Translations under genes and position numbers: made by a program | Source of the DNA: Candidatus Latescibacterota bacterium | GTDB taxonomy: Bacteria; Latescibacterota; UBA2968; UBA8231 | Assembly (NCBI GenBank): GCA_965217585.1 | Contig: OZ244561.1 | Location: forward strand, 6,144,001 to 6,208,000 | Reading direction: 5' to 3' | Length of the DNA: 64,000 bases | The notes under the pieces: model-generated | What the model saw: only the letters and a program-made list of their open reading frames with translations | What the model was told of the DNA's origin: nothing | The model's database searches: none | Shown here: in pieces, positions 29,101-37,670 of the stretch | Position numbering within the stretch: the stretch's first letter is position 1 | How the letters are laid out: every line of letters begins with the position of its first letter

Positions 29101-29725
29101 TGCGATCACGGCGCTCGCTGCAGCGGATGTGGACGGCGATGGCCAAGCCGAGGTGATTGCGGGGACCGAATACTCTACCCCGCTCAATGTGCACAATAGC
29201 GATGGGTCCTTCCGCTGGACTACCTTTGAAGAGGTGGGGTCCGAGGGCAATGCCACCACGCCACGCCGCGGCATCGGCCTCACCCATCTGCAACTGGTCG
29301 ATGTCGATGGAGACGGCGTGCGCGAAATTGTTTATGGCACGCAGGACGGCTGGATTTACGCGGTCAAACCGCAGGATGGGGCCGAGGTCTGGCACGTCAA
29401 TATAGTCGGCGAGGTTGTGGGGCTCATCGCCTTTCCCTTTGGCCTGGTCGCGGCCAGCGAATTCGGCGAACTCTACGCCTTCAGCCGCCGAGGGGAATTG
29501 CGCTGGCACGTCCAGATCGGCGAGTGGATTCGGGCTATCGCTCCGGTGGGGGAGTACATTGTCGCAGCCGTGGAAAAGGGCGCGCTGCTAGCCTGTGATG
29601 CAGAGGGCAGGTGTGTGGGCTCTATGGCGCTGGAAGCGGAAATTCGCGGTTTGTGGCCGTGCCGCGGCGGCGTGGTGTGTAGTCTGGCGGGGGGGCGGCT
29701 TAGTTGCGTGGGACTTGGCGTTTAA
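26132..29725 (+). CDS. Heparinase II/III-like protein fused to a C-terminal FG-GAP/PQQ-like beta-propeller
   Basis: QNH motif, HGHEDSNTI…W…HNSIAV, WRRNIFW…FAVID (heparinase II/III-like). C-terminal DIDADG, DLEGRG and two DVDGDG repeats. Confidence 0.7.
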   Translation: MTEFSFARSRHFPRTDLAADTVLVVPDGLQATPPVVQLQGAITAVAGRAPDIVPQQDFTETLFGSAQVIACGNMTNNAALRRLYAARCCFVDTFFPGGDGYFVKSISDPFGYGKNCIVLGASSREGLLAALAVFEDLVRTSAGELHRVHAAQFQHPLPPFPTEEQLEKMVQDDLKTWEGAWVSTPFRGGQVENYAWYYYLTDHPVWGRAVPDIFAGSLEPWLAQRRDYPETYHCFFHFHSLIHLWELIEDSPLYTEADRRGVVTMIGEMLRHLAGLFYMEERVNPPDLIRQNHTTYIAMDLAAGHNYLSKRYGIGEFAPTEEVVERIFAGQNDCYKANDDGGVGYAWLVPQETFSYALFKKNDYGYIENGHIADLCKLAVVTTDNMRSESNHGDTSGYAPFSPSEGWEGRLWAPMISTWYARNPEHLWILNWLGARKKPTLMHVLRGLYAGVEWGENGLALADCVPEEPVGLLGIYAMKLPAQALGWVRAYAPADNQPDPQKDYFDKLSLRRDFDPMSEYLLLEGSGTFCHGHEDSNTIVRLTWNDRAWLGDGDYIRAAPKFHNSIAVIRDGVGVLKPPGDGLLMPLLASLNYRSESAAFGLVQTEAAGYNGVDWRRNIFWGKGRYFAVIDQLQCTEAGDYRCYCLWRLVGEAELKGSRVCLHQEGEHFYIDNADGSAQEIVADLHEKSRWRNYPHAGDILHVLHQQAARTMQPGENLVYINLLTPHPDIRLARLNESTVEIRDGEETTILGVGHTRLGALAIEAEMFGISLKGDSLTLQGIERLGFAEGAHWTWQVFDGSPATLKVGQSETAQRICDAMNAVAPESPPAAPEPPSLRPQNGWTAAWSRDLGSTEISAVAVDSELLLVGTEEGDVVQLGLGDGAAMWSHQLGPDRAASALLLADIDADGVVEALVGTDDGQLAVLEGHSGEQRWGRTLKNSGWGAKVSGLAVADLEGRGRTSVIASTVGWYINAFDADSTLEWAEWVRYHAITALAAADVDGDGQAEVIAGTEYSTPLNVHNSDGSFRWTTFEEVGSEGNATTPRRGIGLTHLQLVDVDGDGVREIVYGTQDGWIYAVKPQDGAEVWHVNIVGEVVGLIAFPFGLVAASEFGELYAFSRRGELRWHVQIGEWIRAIAPVGEYIVAAVEKGALLACDAEGRCVGSMALEAEIRGLWPCRGGVVCSLAGGRLSCVGLGV

Positions 29726-31194
29726 GAAGCATAGAGAGCAAATAGTTTAGCGCGGTCCAGGTACACTTTGACCTTGAGCCCCCCGCGCATCTGCGAGACC
29801 ATCTTCTGTTCGAGACCGCCCGCTTTGCTTCCGTCTGCGTCTTGCCGATCGCCTTTCCATTGTACCCGGTATTCTGTTTCATCGGCCGAGAAGGGTATGC
29901 AGTCGTCGCGGCCAAAACCCGGCACGACCCGGTCAAACGGATCGACTAGCTCCACTCGCAGCGAGCCGCCACTGGCGTCGGCGTTGATCCACAATGCATG
30001 GGGATCAATGTTCAGGGGAACCGTGGTCACAACTCCCTGAGTGTCCGTCTTCAGACAGACTAGGCGATCCTTTTCGATCTTCGCCAGATTGATTCCCCGC
30101 TGGAGTTCCTCGCCGCGGCGCGGGGGCTCGCCGTGCAGATCGTTCGAGCCGCCGTGATAGACCCATATCTCCTCGTCCATGACAAAGGGGGCATGCGGGG
30201 GATAGACACTTCCACAATCATAGCTGCCTCGGGGACCGCAGAGCAGAATTGGTTCGCGGTTGCCCGCCCGATGCCAAGTCCGGCCGTCCTGCGAATAGGT
30301 CAACTGAACGTCCATCTGGTTCATCCATGCGGGCATCCAGTCTTCGATCTGGTTCTGGGCGATCCATCCCTCGTGGAGCGTGTGAAACACGGACAGGAAG
30401 CCGATGCGCAAGCCGCGATACGCCAGCGAACTCATGCCGTAAAACTCGTGGTCCTGAGGGGGATCGAGTTCATCGGGTGCGACGATGATCTGGCGCGGGG
30501 TCCAGTTTTCAAAATCATTGCTCTCGGCCATGCAAATGATGCGCACGTTGGGCCGGCCCCGCAGATAGACGACGTAGCGGTGGATTTTTGCATCCCAATA
30601 AGCGACCAGATGGGTATCCGAGCCCTGTGGAATGACCGGGTTGAGCCAGTGTCGGGGCACGTCCCAATGGATCCCGTCGGCAGAATACGCCACGCAGACC
30701 GGCTGGACAATGCCGGCGAATATCATGTCGCCGCTCTGGAACATAAAGAGCATCTTGTAGCGCTTGGCCGGATCTGTTTCAATGGGATCTTTCATGACTC
30801 CGGTCCCAGCCCCCCACCTAAAAAATGGAAAGACTAGGTTATTCTCTTTGCTGCCGCCGTCCTCGAAGAGGTTGAGGACGGGTTTTTCCCAGTGGATCCC
30901 GTCTTGGGAGACGGCGTAGGCCAGTCCGTCTGCTTGGTCGCCGCGCGCTTCGCTCAGTTTTCGGCCCACGCCGTACCACATCTTGAAGATGTTTTCGTCG
31001 TCGTCGTACGTTACATTGATGTAGCTGCCGATCAGCCACTCATCTTCCCAGGCTCGATCCTTCTCGATCAGCGGTTGTGGCGAAACCTTCTTTGCGGGAA
31101 CGACCCCTTGCACGACGCGGTCGAGACTTTCGATACACGCATCGTCAATGAACAAAAAGGCCGATTTATCGTCCGTCATGTTATTTCTCCTCAT
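29722..31194 (-). CDS. Five-bladed beta-propeller glycoside hydrolase-like protein (GH32/43/130-like)
   Basis: FKMWY…AYAVSQDGIHWEKP, YSADGIHW, SNDFENW and YSQDGRTW Asp-box-like repeats; C-terminal LWINADA…LRVEL. Confidence 0.75.
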   Translation of the reverse strand: MRRNNMTDDKSAFLFIDDACIESLDRVVQGVVPAKKVSPQPLIEKDRAWEDEWLIGSYINVTYDDDENIFKMWYGVGRKLSEARGDQADGLAYAVSQDGIHWEKPVLNLFEDGGSKENNLVFPFFRWGAGTGVMKDPIETDPAKRYKMLFMFQSGDMIFAGIVQPVCVAYSADGIHWDVPRHWLNPVIPQGSDTHLVAYWDAKIHRYVVYLRGRPNVRIICMAESNDFENWTPRQIIVAPDELDPPQDHEFYGMSSLAYRGLRIGFLSVFHTLHEGWIAQNQIEDWMPAWMNQMDVQLTYSQDGRTWHRAGNREPILLCGPRGSYDCGSVYPPHAPFVMDEEIWVYHGGSNDLHGEPPRRGEELQRGINLAKIEKDRLVCLKTDTQGVVTTVPLNIDPHALWINADASGGSLRVELVDPFDRVVPGFGRDDCIPFSADETEYRVQWKGDRQDADGSKAGGLEQKMVSQMRGGLKVKVYLDRAKLFALYAS

Positions 31195-32030
31195 GAAGTG
31201 TCTGCAACATTTCCAGTAGTCCAGGTCACGGGGGGTGGATTGACGCCGTACTGTTCGGCCCAGTCGATCAATGCCTGGGGTATTTCGTCAACATTGCGAT
31301 AGCCGCCCAAGAGTTGCCAGTCGATGGCGTTGGTCGTTCGCTGCAATACTCGTTGGTCTGGTGGATCGAGATATTGATCCGTCTTCATCCAGCGGTAGGC
31401 GTAGCCGTAGATTATCACCTTTGAGGTGCGCTGGCTCAAATTGGGTGCCGCCGTGTGGAAAGTACGGTTTTCAAAGAGGATGGCGTCGCCGGCGCACAAT
31501 AGCGGATCGACCACCGTCGGCGGATCGACCGCGCCCGCGGGAATGGCTAGGGGCATCTCATTGCGATGCGTACCGCGGGCCATCATGGTCATGCCGGAGT
31601 TGGGTGCGGCAAAGTCGGTCAGGCAGTAGCACACCTTTACGCCGAGGCGTGGCAAGCCGGCTTGTCCCAGATCTTCGGCAATGCCAATATCGCGATGCCA
31701 GCCGCGCCTCGGAGCGGTGGTATGTGGATCTTGGGGCTTTTTGTAAATCAGTGAAGCCGAGTGGAGCTGGATATTGGGCGAGAGCAACTGCACAACTAGG
31801 GGAACGGTTGCCGAGTTGGAGACGAGCTGGTCAAACGCTTCCTCCTCGACGACGCCCTGGCGCAATTGCATCTGGATCTCTGCTGGATCGTCGAGGAACG
31901 ATTGCAGCAAGCGATCGCCTGCTCTGGTCAGGCAAGCCACGGTTGCAGCATCGATGGCTTGCGGGACCATGAGAAAGCCGTCGGCCTCAAAAGCGCGGCG
32001 CTGCGCGTGGGTCAATGGGATGAATTGCAT
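31191..32030 (-). CDS. Phytanoyl-CoA dioxygenase (PhyH) family protein
   Basis: FEADGFL, WHRD (HxD), LTD…GTH, AGDAILF…H…N.S.R. Confidence 0.88.
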   Translation of the reverse strand: MQFIPLTHAQRRAFEADGFLMVPQAIDAATVACLTRAGDRLLQSFLDDPAEIQMQLRQGVVEEEAFDQLVSNSATVPLVVQLLSPNIQLHSASLIYKKPQDPHTTAPRRGWHRDIGIAEDLGQAGLPRLGVKVCYCLTDFAAPNSGMTMMARGTHRNEMPLAIPAGAVDPPTVVDPLLCAGDAILFENRTFHTAAPNLSQRTSKVIIYGYAYRWMKTDQYLDPPDQRVLQRTTNAIDWQLLGGYRNVDEIPQALIDWAEQYGVNPPPVTWTTGNVADTS

Positions 32031-32128
32031 TTTTCCCCCGAGTGTGAATCACATCGGCATTCTGCTTGCCCCAAAATAGGGCATAATTACCCCTCAACCA
32101 ACTTTTCCCGCAGGGAAGGAAACCAACT

Positions 32129-33271
32129 ATGAAAATCACGGCCATCAAAACCTTCATGGGGCTATTCAGCGGCCGCAACCGCGGCCTGATCAAGGTCGAA
32201 ACCGACGAGGGTATCCACGGCTGGGGCGAGGCGTATTCCATTGGCCCCGACCGGTCGATAGAGCCCATTGCCGACTACATCTTCGAAATGATCAAGGGCG
32301 AAGACCCCCGTCGCATCGAGTACATCATGCTCAAACTCACCCAGCAATTCCGCTTTCCCCCTGGCGGCGTCGGCCTAGCGGTGAGTTCGGCCATTGACCA
32401 CGCCCTGTGGGACATCTCCGGCAAGGCCGCGGGCCTGCCGGTGTACATGCTGCTGGGCGGCGCCTGCCGCGACCGGGTGCGCGTGTACCAGGGTGCGGGT
32501 GGCCGCAACGGCGAGGAGGCGGCCGACAGCGCCCGGCGCCTGAATGAAGAGTGGGGTTTCACGGCGTTCAAGACCAGTCCTTTCCTCCTCAACCCGGACG
32601 TCGCCCGCTGGGGCCGCATTTGCGCGGAGGCGGCCAAATACTTTGAGGAGATTCGCCAGCACGCGCCCGCGGACTTTGAATTCGCCTTTGATCCCCACGC
32701 CAAGATCTTCGAGCCTGTCCGCGCCCTGCAGTTGGCCAATGCGCTAGCGCCCTACGACCCCTATTTCTACGAAGAGCCTCTGCGTCCCGAGCATACTGCC
32801 GCTTGGGCGCGGCTGCGCCAGCAGATGCAGATCCCTTTGGCTACCGGCGAGTGCCTCTACACCCGTTGGGAATTCCTCGACCTGATGGCGGCCCAAGCCG
32901 TGGACATCATCCAGCCGGATGTGTGCGTTTGTGGCGGCCTGCTCGAAATGCGCAAAATCGCCGCCATTGCCGAGGCCCACTACGTCACTATAGCGCCGCA
33001 CAACCCCATGGGGCCGGTGGCCACTGCGGTCAACGTGCACTTTGCCTTGGCCACGCCCAACTTCAAAATTCTGGAGTACATTTCTCCTTTGAGCAACGAG
33101 TGGAAGGACTGGGTGGACGAGCCCTACTTGCCCAAGGACGGCTATCTCGAACTGCGCGACCGACCGGGCCTAGGCATCGATGTAAACGAAGACGCCATAA
33201 GCGAGGACCGATACGTCCACTGGCAGCGCACCTGTCCGGTGCGGCCGGATGGATCGACTGGGTACATTTGA
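32129..33271 (+). CDS. Galactonate dehydratase-like mandelate racemase/enolase-superfamily enzyme
   Basis: KVETDEGIHGWGE, AIDHALWDI.GK..GLPVY.LLGG, DPH, EEP, TGE, IIQPD, APHNP, ILEY. Confidence 0.9.
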   Translation: MKITAIKTFMGLFSGRNRGLIKVETDEGIHGWGEAYSIGPDRSIEPIADYIFEMIKGEDPRRIEYIMLKLTQQFRFPPGGVGLAVSSAIDHALWDISGKAAGLPVYMLLGGACRDRVRVYQGAGGRNGEEAADSARRLNEEWGFTAFKTSPFLLNPDVARWGRICAEAAKYFEEIRQHAPADFEFAFDPHAKIFEPVRALQLANALAPYDPYFYEEPLRPEHTAAWARLRQQMQIPLATGECLYTRWEFLDLMAAQAVDIIQPDVCVCGGLLEMRKIAAIAEAHYVTIAPHNPMGPVATAVNVHFALATPNFKILEYISPLSNEWKDWVDEPYLPKDGYLELRDRPGLGIDVNEDAISEDRYVHWQRTCPVRPDGSTGYI

Positions 33272-33292
33272 GTCCCGGTGTGGTCCAGAGGC

Positions 33293-34360
33293 CTAGCGTA
33301 CTACTACTTGTCTCACTTTGACGCGGCGCGCAGTGCCCTCCGGCCCCTGTACGGTGAGCACGACCGTGTATCCCCCGGCTTCTTGGTACTGGTGTATGGG
33401 ATGTTGTTCGGCAGAGGTAGTGCCATCGTCAAAATCCCACGCCCAAGAGGTGATGGTGCCGTAGGAAAGGTCTTTGAAGGCCACTAATCTGCGGTCCATA
33501 TCCACCACTTGGAATTCCCACTGCGCTTCGAGCGGCTTGCGCAAGTGGCTTGCGAGCGGCATGAGCCGAAAGGCGCACAAATTCGAGGCGTCTGAGTCCA
33601 TGCGAGTCTTGTGGGAGAGATTCCAGAAACCTTCGTACGAGCTATTGCTCTCGTCGTAGTCGAGTATGGCCCACGACAGGCCGATGAGGGCATTTTCCAC
33701 TAGCTTGGACACCACCGCTCGCTCGGGTCCCTCATAGGGGGCATAGTCAAAAGGGGTGATCCAAAATTCGAGCACTAGCTGGCCGCGCTCGCCCTCGGCA
33801 AAATCGTAGGAGTACGCGTGGTTGGCGTAGGGCAGCCGGCCGATCCACGGCTGACAGCCCCAGACGAAAGTCCAGTCGCGGCCCGCTCCGGGCGGCGTGA
33901 AGATGTGGTAGTTCTGTGCGTGTACCCCCTTGAACGCAAAGTGGCTGTCCCACTCATCCAACTGGGGGTTGTGTATGTTGGGACCGCCCGAGCGGTCCGC
34001 ATCGACGGCGACTTCGAAGATATCCCCGCGACGGTAGTGCATGTTCCAGTAGTCATCGCGGGCTTCGTAGAGGAAGTAGAGCCGGTTCAGACCATGGACC
34101 CAGCCCACCCGCACGGCGACATCGAGGTCTTCGAGGTCGTGATTGGTGCCCTTGCCCTTGACGGTTTCTGCCAGTTCCTCGGTTCCAATTACATAGGATT
34201 GGGGTACGATCTCCCAGTCGTCGGTCCGCCCATCAATGCGGGGTATCATAGTGGGGGGAAACTGGAAGATTGGGAACTCTTTGTCGGGACGTTCAAGCGC
34301 TCGTGCAGGGGCAAGGGTCAACAGAGCCAGCCCCAGGAATCCAGCCAGATTTCGCTTCAT
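33293..34360 (-). CDS. Secreted CBM9-like sugar-binding protein with C-terminal PKD domain
   Basis: Signal peptide; P.IDG.TDDW…VRVGW…LYFLYE..DD (CBM9-like); FKDLS…SWAWDFDDG…HPIHQY..AGGYTVVLTV (PKD). Confidence 0.8.
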   Translation of the reverse strand: MKRNLAGFLGLALLTLAPARALERPDKEFPIFQFPPTMIPRIDGRTDDWEIVPQSYVIGTEELAETVKGKGTNHDLEDLDVAVRVGWVHGLNRLYFLYEARDDYWNMHYRRGDIFEVAVDADRSGGPNIHNPQLDEWDSHFAFKGVHAQNYHIFTPPGAGRDWTFVWGCQPWIGRLPYANHAYSYDFAEGERGQLVLEFWITPFDYAPYEGPERAVVSKLVENALIGLSWAILDYDESNSSYEGFWNLSHKTRMDSDASNLCAFRLMPLASHLRKPLEAQWEFQVVDMDRRLVAFKDLSYGTITSWAWDFDDGTTSAEQHPIHQYQEAGGYTVVLTVQGPEGTARRVKVRQVVVR

Positions 34361-34419
34361 GTTGGAAAATCCTCCAAGTGGTTTTGGGTATAGCGGCGGA
34401 AATTAAACGAAAACGCCTA

Positions 34420-34557
34420 AGTACACGACAGTAGAAGCGGTATGAGATGCTTCGCTTCGCTCAGCATGACAGGCCGGGGTCACAGTCCAATAACTCTTCC
34501 CGTGGTGCTCTTCGGCGCAGAGACCTGAGGATGAAATTCAAGTTACTGTCGTATGCT
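34420..34557. repeat. MITE-like 138-bp unit with 14-bp imperfect terminal inverted repeats enclosing a CGTC/TGTC-type REP arm
   Basis: AGTACACGACAGTA (34420-34433) matches the reverse complement of 34544-34557 (AGCATACGACAGTA) at 12/14. Internal GAGATGCTTCGCTTCGCTCAGCATGACA at 34444-34471. Confidence 0.5.
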
Positions 34558-34652
34558 CCGTATTCTACCTATTTTGACTGCCAGCGAAAAATTGCACGAC
34601 ATCCAACTACTAGTCTACTGTTTGCAATTCACCCAAGCGAGAAAGTGCGTTT

Positions 34653-35927
34653 ATGACGATCGTCCAATGCGCGACTTGTTCAGCATATCGTCGCCATCTC
34701 TCCGCGTGGATATTGCTGGTCCTCGGCGCGGTCTGGTCTGGCTGCGCCGACGTTCCCGATGATGGGAATGTGATCTTGAAGATCGTCTGGATGGGCCCGG
34801 AACTCGAGACCTACGGGATCTGGAAAGAGGGGTTCGAGGCGGAACATCCCGGCGTGACCATTGAACAGCAATACGTCTCCTATGACCAGGGGCCGACGTT
34901 TTACAATACCATGATACAGGGCGACAACCTGCCCGATCTGGGCTTTCTCTTCATGGGAATGATCCCCGAATATGCCGAGCGGGGCGTGCTGGAGCCGCTA
35001 GATGCTTTTATGACCGCGGCCGAACGAGACGAGTGGATCGACGTCGCCCTGAGCGCAGGTGAGTATAAGGGAAAAACCTACGGGGTGCCGCTGGTGGGGG
35101 CCAACCGGACGCTCTACGTGCGCCGGGACTGGATGCAGAAGGCGGGAGCGCTAGAAGCTCCGACGACGTGGGAAGGGGTCCGCGCGCTGGCGAATAAGCT
35201 CAACCGGCCGCCCGAGCGCTATGGATTTTGTATCGGCGCAGGCCGGCAGAAACACCTGATGCAGGATCAGATCGCAATGATGTGGGGGTTTGGGGCCCGC
35301 TTCTTCGACCGCGAGGGCAAGCTGGCGATCAACAGCCCCCAAGCCATCGCCTATGTCGAATTCTTGACCGACCTGCACCTTTTGGACCAGGTCATGCCTC
35401 CGGGCATTCTGAATTTGAACTCCAATGAATGTTATGCCGAGATGGCCGCGGGCAAGGTGGGGATGTTGTTCAGCGGACCGTGGCAGGACGGGCTGTGCCG
35501 GGATGCGGGCGTTGAATGCGAGCCTTTGATGATCCCGGAGGGCGAGGATCGGAAGATGCTGCTCATTGTCGATGTCTTCGGCATGTTTTCCACCTCGCGG
35601 CACAAAGACCTAGGGTATGAATTCATGCGTTTTATCCAACGCTTGGAAAATCGCCGGTTGATCGATATGGAAGTGGGGGGCGTGCCCATGACGAAAGACG
35701 TGGCCGCCGATCCCTACTACCAGTCGATCCCAATACAGAATTATCAGGTGCAAATGGAGTTGCTGCAATTGACGCCCCAACATCCAGAATGGACCAAGAT
35801 CCAGGATGGATGGGGCGAGGCGATCCAGATGGTCTTGGCGGGTACGGCGACCCCTGCCGAGGCACTCAATACCGTGTACGATCGCTTGATGAAAGAGTTG
35901 GAAAACCCGGCGCTACCCATGCCTTGA
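34653..35927 (+). CDS. Sugar ABC transporter substrate-binding lipoprotein
   Basis: Lipobox VWSGC; FEAEHPGVTI, LPDL, GVLEPLD, GKTYGVP, APTTWE, GKVGMLFSGPW. Confidence 0.92.
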   Translation: MTIVQCATCSAYRRHLSAWILLVLGAVWSGCADVPDDGNVILKIVWMGPELETYGIWKEGFEAEHPGVTIEQQYVSYDQGPTFYNTMIQGDNLPDLGFLFMGMIPEYAERGVLEPLDAFMTAAERDEWIDVALSAGEYKGKTYGVPLVGANRTLYVRRDWMQKAGALEAPTTWEGVRALANKLNRPPERYGFCIGAGRQKHLMQDQIAMMWGFGARFFDREGKLAINSPQAIAYVEFLTDLHLLDQVMPPGILNLNSNECYAEMAAGKVGMLFSGPWQDGLCRDAGVECEPLMIPEGEDRKMLLIVDVFGMFSTSRHKDLGYEFMRFIQRLENRRLIDMEVGGVPMTKDVAADPYYQSIPIQNYQVQMELLQLTPQHPEWTKIQDGWGEAIQMVLAGTATPAEALNTVYDRLMKELENPALPMP

Positions 35928-35964
35928 GGCCGCATTTTCGCTCGGGAAATGTAGGGGAGTTATC

Positions 35965-36837
35965 GTGGAAAGAGAGAAACGCCGGCTGGCCTATTTTTAC
36001 ATTGCGCCAGCGGCCCTATGGCTGCTGCTGTTCATGGGATTTCCCATTGTCGAGATCCTCAAGACCAGCCTCTACCACACCTCCTACAAAGGGGAGGTCT
36101 TTGTGGGAGCGCAGAACTACACGGGCCTGGTCGGGGACGACATTTTTCTGCTGGTGCTCAAAAACACAGTGGTGTGGACGGCGCTCGCCGTACTGATGAA
36201 TGTGGGAGCGGGCTTGGCCGCCGCTCTATTGTTGAGTCGCAGTACGATCCTCTGCGAATTGATTCGCAGCTCGTTGATCCTCGCCTGGGCCACGCCGCTG
36301 GTAGTGGCGGCCATCGCCTGGAAGTGGATGTACAACGGCGAGTACGGACACCTCAACGCATTGTTACTGTCGCTGCATATCGTCGATCATCCCGTGCAGT
36401 GGTTGACGAGTGCTTCTACGGCGTTTGGCGGTGCCCTATTCGCCCGTCTGTGGACGGCGCTGCCATTTACCACCTTTGCATTCCTCTCGGCCTTGCAGTC
36501 CATTCCCGTCCATCTGTACGAGGCCGCCATTATAGACGGGACTACGGCATGGCAGAAGTTTTGGTATATCACCGTACCCCTGCTCCGTCCGGTCGCGCTG
36601 GCGGTTTTGTTGATCAGTTTCATCTGGTCCTTCAATAGCTTTGTCTTTATCTACGTGATCACCGGGGGTGGACCGGCCAACCAGACCCAGATCATGGTCA
36701 CGGAGATCTTTCGCCGCGCCTTTGGTTACTTCAACTTTGGCCAAGCCAGCAGTATGGCCTTTTTGGCCTTCTTGCTGCTGGTCGCCATCAGCTTGCTCCA
36801 GTGGCGTCTCTTCTACAAGGAAGAGGCTGAGTCGTGA
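35965..36837 (+). CDS. Sugar ABC transporter permease (MalF/UgpA-like)
   Basis: FVG.QNY; EAA loop LQSIP.HLYEAAIIDG; ITGGGP. Confidence 0.93.
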   Translation: MEREKRRLAYFYIAPAALWLLLFMGFPIVEILKTSLYHTSYKGEVFVGAQNYTGLVGDDIFLLVLKNTVVWTALAVLMNVGAGLAAALLLSRSTILCELIRSSLILAWATPLVVAAIAWKWMYNGEYGHLNALLLSLHIVDHPVQWLTSASTAFGGALFARLWTALPFTTFAFLSALQSIPVHLYEAAIIDGTTAWQKFWYITVPLLRPVALAVLLISFIWSFNSFVFIYVITGGGPANQTQIMVTEIFRRAFGYFNFGQASSMAFLAFLLLVAISLLQWRLFYKEEAES

Positions 36838-37670
36838 GATCTGTTTCCACACTGCCCGTCGCGCTGTTGCGCACCACGCTTATGGCGGGGGTTGCGGTCT
36901 TCACCCTCTTGCCGCTGTTAGTCGTCGCCGGCACCTCGTTAAAGACCTTGGGGGAAGTATTTCAATCGCCGGCGACGCTGATCCCGCGCGCGTTTGTATG
37001 GCACAACTACGTGGATATTTTTGTCCGGATTCCAATGGCGCGGCATCTGTTGAACAGTCTGTTCATCGCCTTGGCTGCGGTATTTTTCAACATCATTGTG
37101 GCGGCTCCGGCGGCCTATGCCATGGCGCGCATCAAATTTCGCGGGCGCGGTTTATTCGGCATGAGCATCCTAGTGGTGCAGATGTTTTCGCCGGTGATTG
37201 TCCTCATTCCCTTGTTCGAGATGATGAAAGCCCTGCAGCTGCTGGATACGTACACGGCCTTGATCTTGGTGAATACGGCGATAACCCTGCCGTTTTCCAT
37301 CTGGATGTTGCGAGGGTTTTTCAAGAACATCCCAGAGGAATTGGAGGACGCCGCCATGATCGACGGCCTCTCGAGGACGGGGATGATCTTCAGAATCGCC
37401 CTGCCGCTGACGGCCCCCGGGCTGACGACTACGGCCATTTTCACCTTTGTCAGCGCTTGGAACGAATTCATCTTTGCGCTAGTGCTGGTTTCCAAACGGA
37501 CCATGCAACCGATTACCATGGCGCTCTACGCCTGGGAAAAAAACAACGTGGTGGAGTGGAATTATTTGATGGCCACCGCCGTGGTGGCCACGGTACCCAC
37601 GATCTTGCTGTTTCTGCTGGTCAGAAAGCGGTTGACGGCCGGTTTGATGGCGGGTGCAGTTAAGGCGTGA
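36834..37670 (+). CDS. Sugar ABC transporter permease (MalG/UgpE-like)
   Basis: AAYAMAR.KFRG; FF.NIP.ELEDAAMIDG; AWNEF. Confidence 0.93.
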   Translation: MRSVSTLPVALLRTTLMAGVAVFTLLPLLVVAGTSLKTLGEVFQSPATLIPRAFVWHNYVDIFVRIPMARHLLNSLFIALAAVFFNIIVAAPAAYAMARIKFRGRGLFGMSILVVQMFSPVIVLIPLFEMMKALQLLDTYTALILVNTAITLPFSIWMLRGFFKNIPEELEDAAMIDGLSRTGMIFRIALPLTAPGLTTTAIFTFVSAWNEFIFALVLVSKRTMQPITMALYAWEKNNVVEWNYLMATAVVATVPTILLFLLVRKRLTAGLMAGAVKA

